64,000 nt of DNA from a virus (taxonomy: Duplodnaviria; Caudoviricetes). How positions within the stretch are numbered: the stretch's first letter is position 1; each line of letters starts with the position of its first letter. The stretch lies in IMG/VR virus record IMGVR_UViG_3300050509_000221, positions 18,664 through 82,663 of that record. One strand, 5' to 3'. The position numbers were made by a program, and so were the translations under genes. The notes below the pieces were generated by a model, which was not told the origin of the DNA, made no database searches, and saw only the letters and a list, made by a program, of their open reading frames with translations. Below, piece after piece: positions 63,961-64,000 of the stretch.

Positions 63961-64000
63961 GAACGACCGACCCCAACACCTCGGGGAGGGAGACGAAAAG

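Overview
The whole window is high-GC phage or prophage DNA. No host housekeeping gene is recognisable, and WhiB genes plus an Rpf-like gene point to an Actinomycetota host. Almost all genes are on the minus strand. The window holds two unrelated siphovirus morphogenesis modules flanking one lysogeny/early region. Module B (about 43.1-64 kb) runs HNH, TerS, TerL, portal, scaffold, a 278-aa major capsid, tail genes, tape measure, holin, amidase endolysin, a stand-alone FixL-like PAS protein and fibre-like genes. The central region (about 27.1-43.1 kb) carries a tyrosine integrase, a repressor and an excisionase with identical divergent promoters, RecE/RecT, three WhiB-family genes, two DNA methyltransferases, an Rpf-like transglycosylase and a pentapeptide-repeat protein. 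Module A (1 to about 27.2 kb) runs TerS, an intein-containing TerL, portal, a 2H-phosphoesterase fusion, capsid protease, BCS1-like AAA ATPase, a five-gene glycosylation cluster, an atypical tRNA-Met(CAT), a hexamer/pentamer-type capsid pair, tail genes and a tape measure gene that runs off the left edge. The best candidates for new biology are the PAS protein in the lysis cassette, the glycosylation/tRNA/AAA island inside the head operon, the 2H-phosphoesterase head protein and the two-virion architecture. All family assignments come from motif recognition by eye; no database search was run. Many starts were moved to GTG/ATG codons that overlap the upstream stop.
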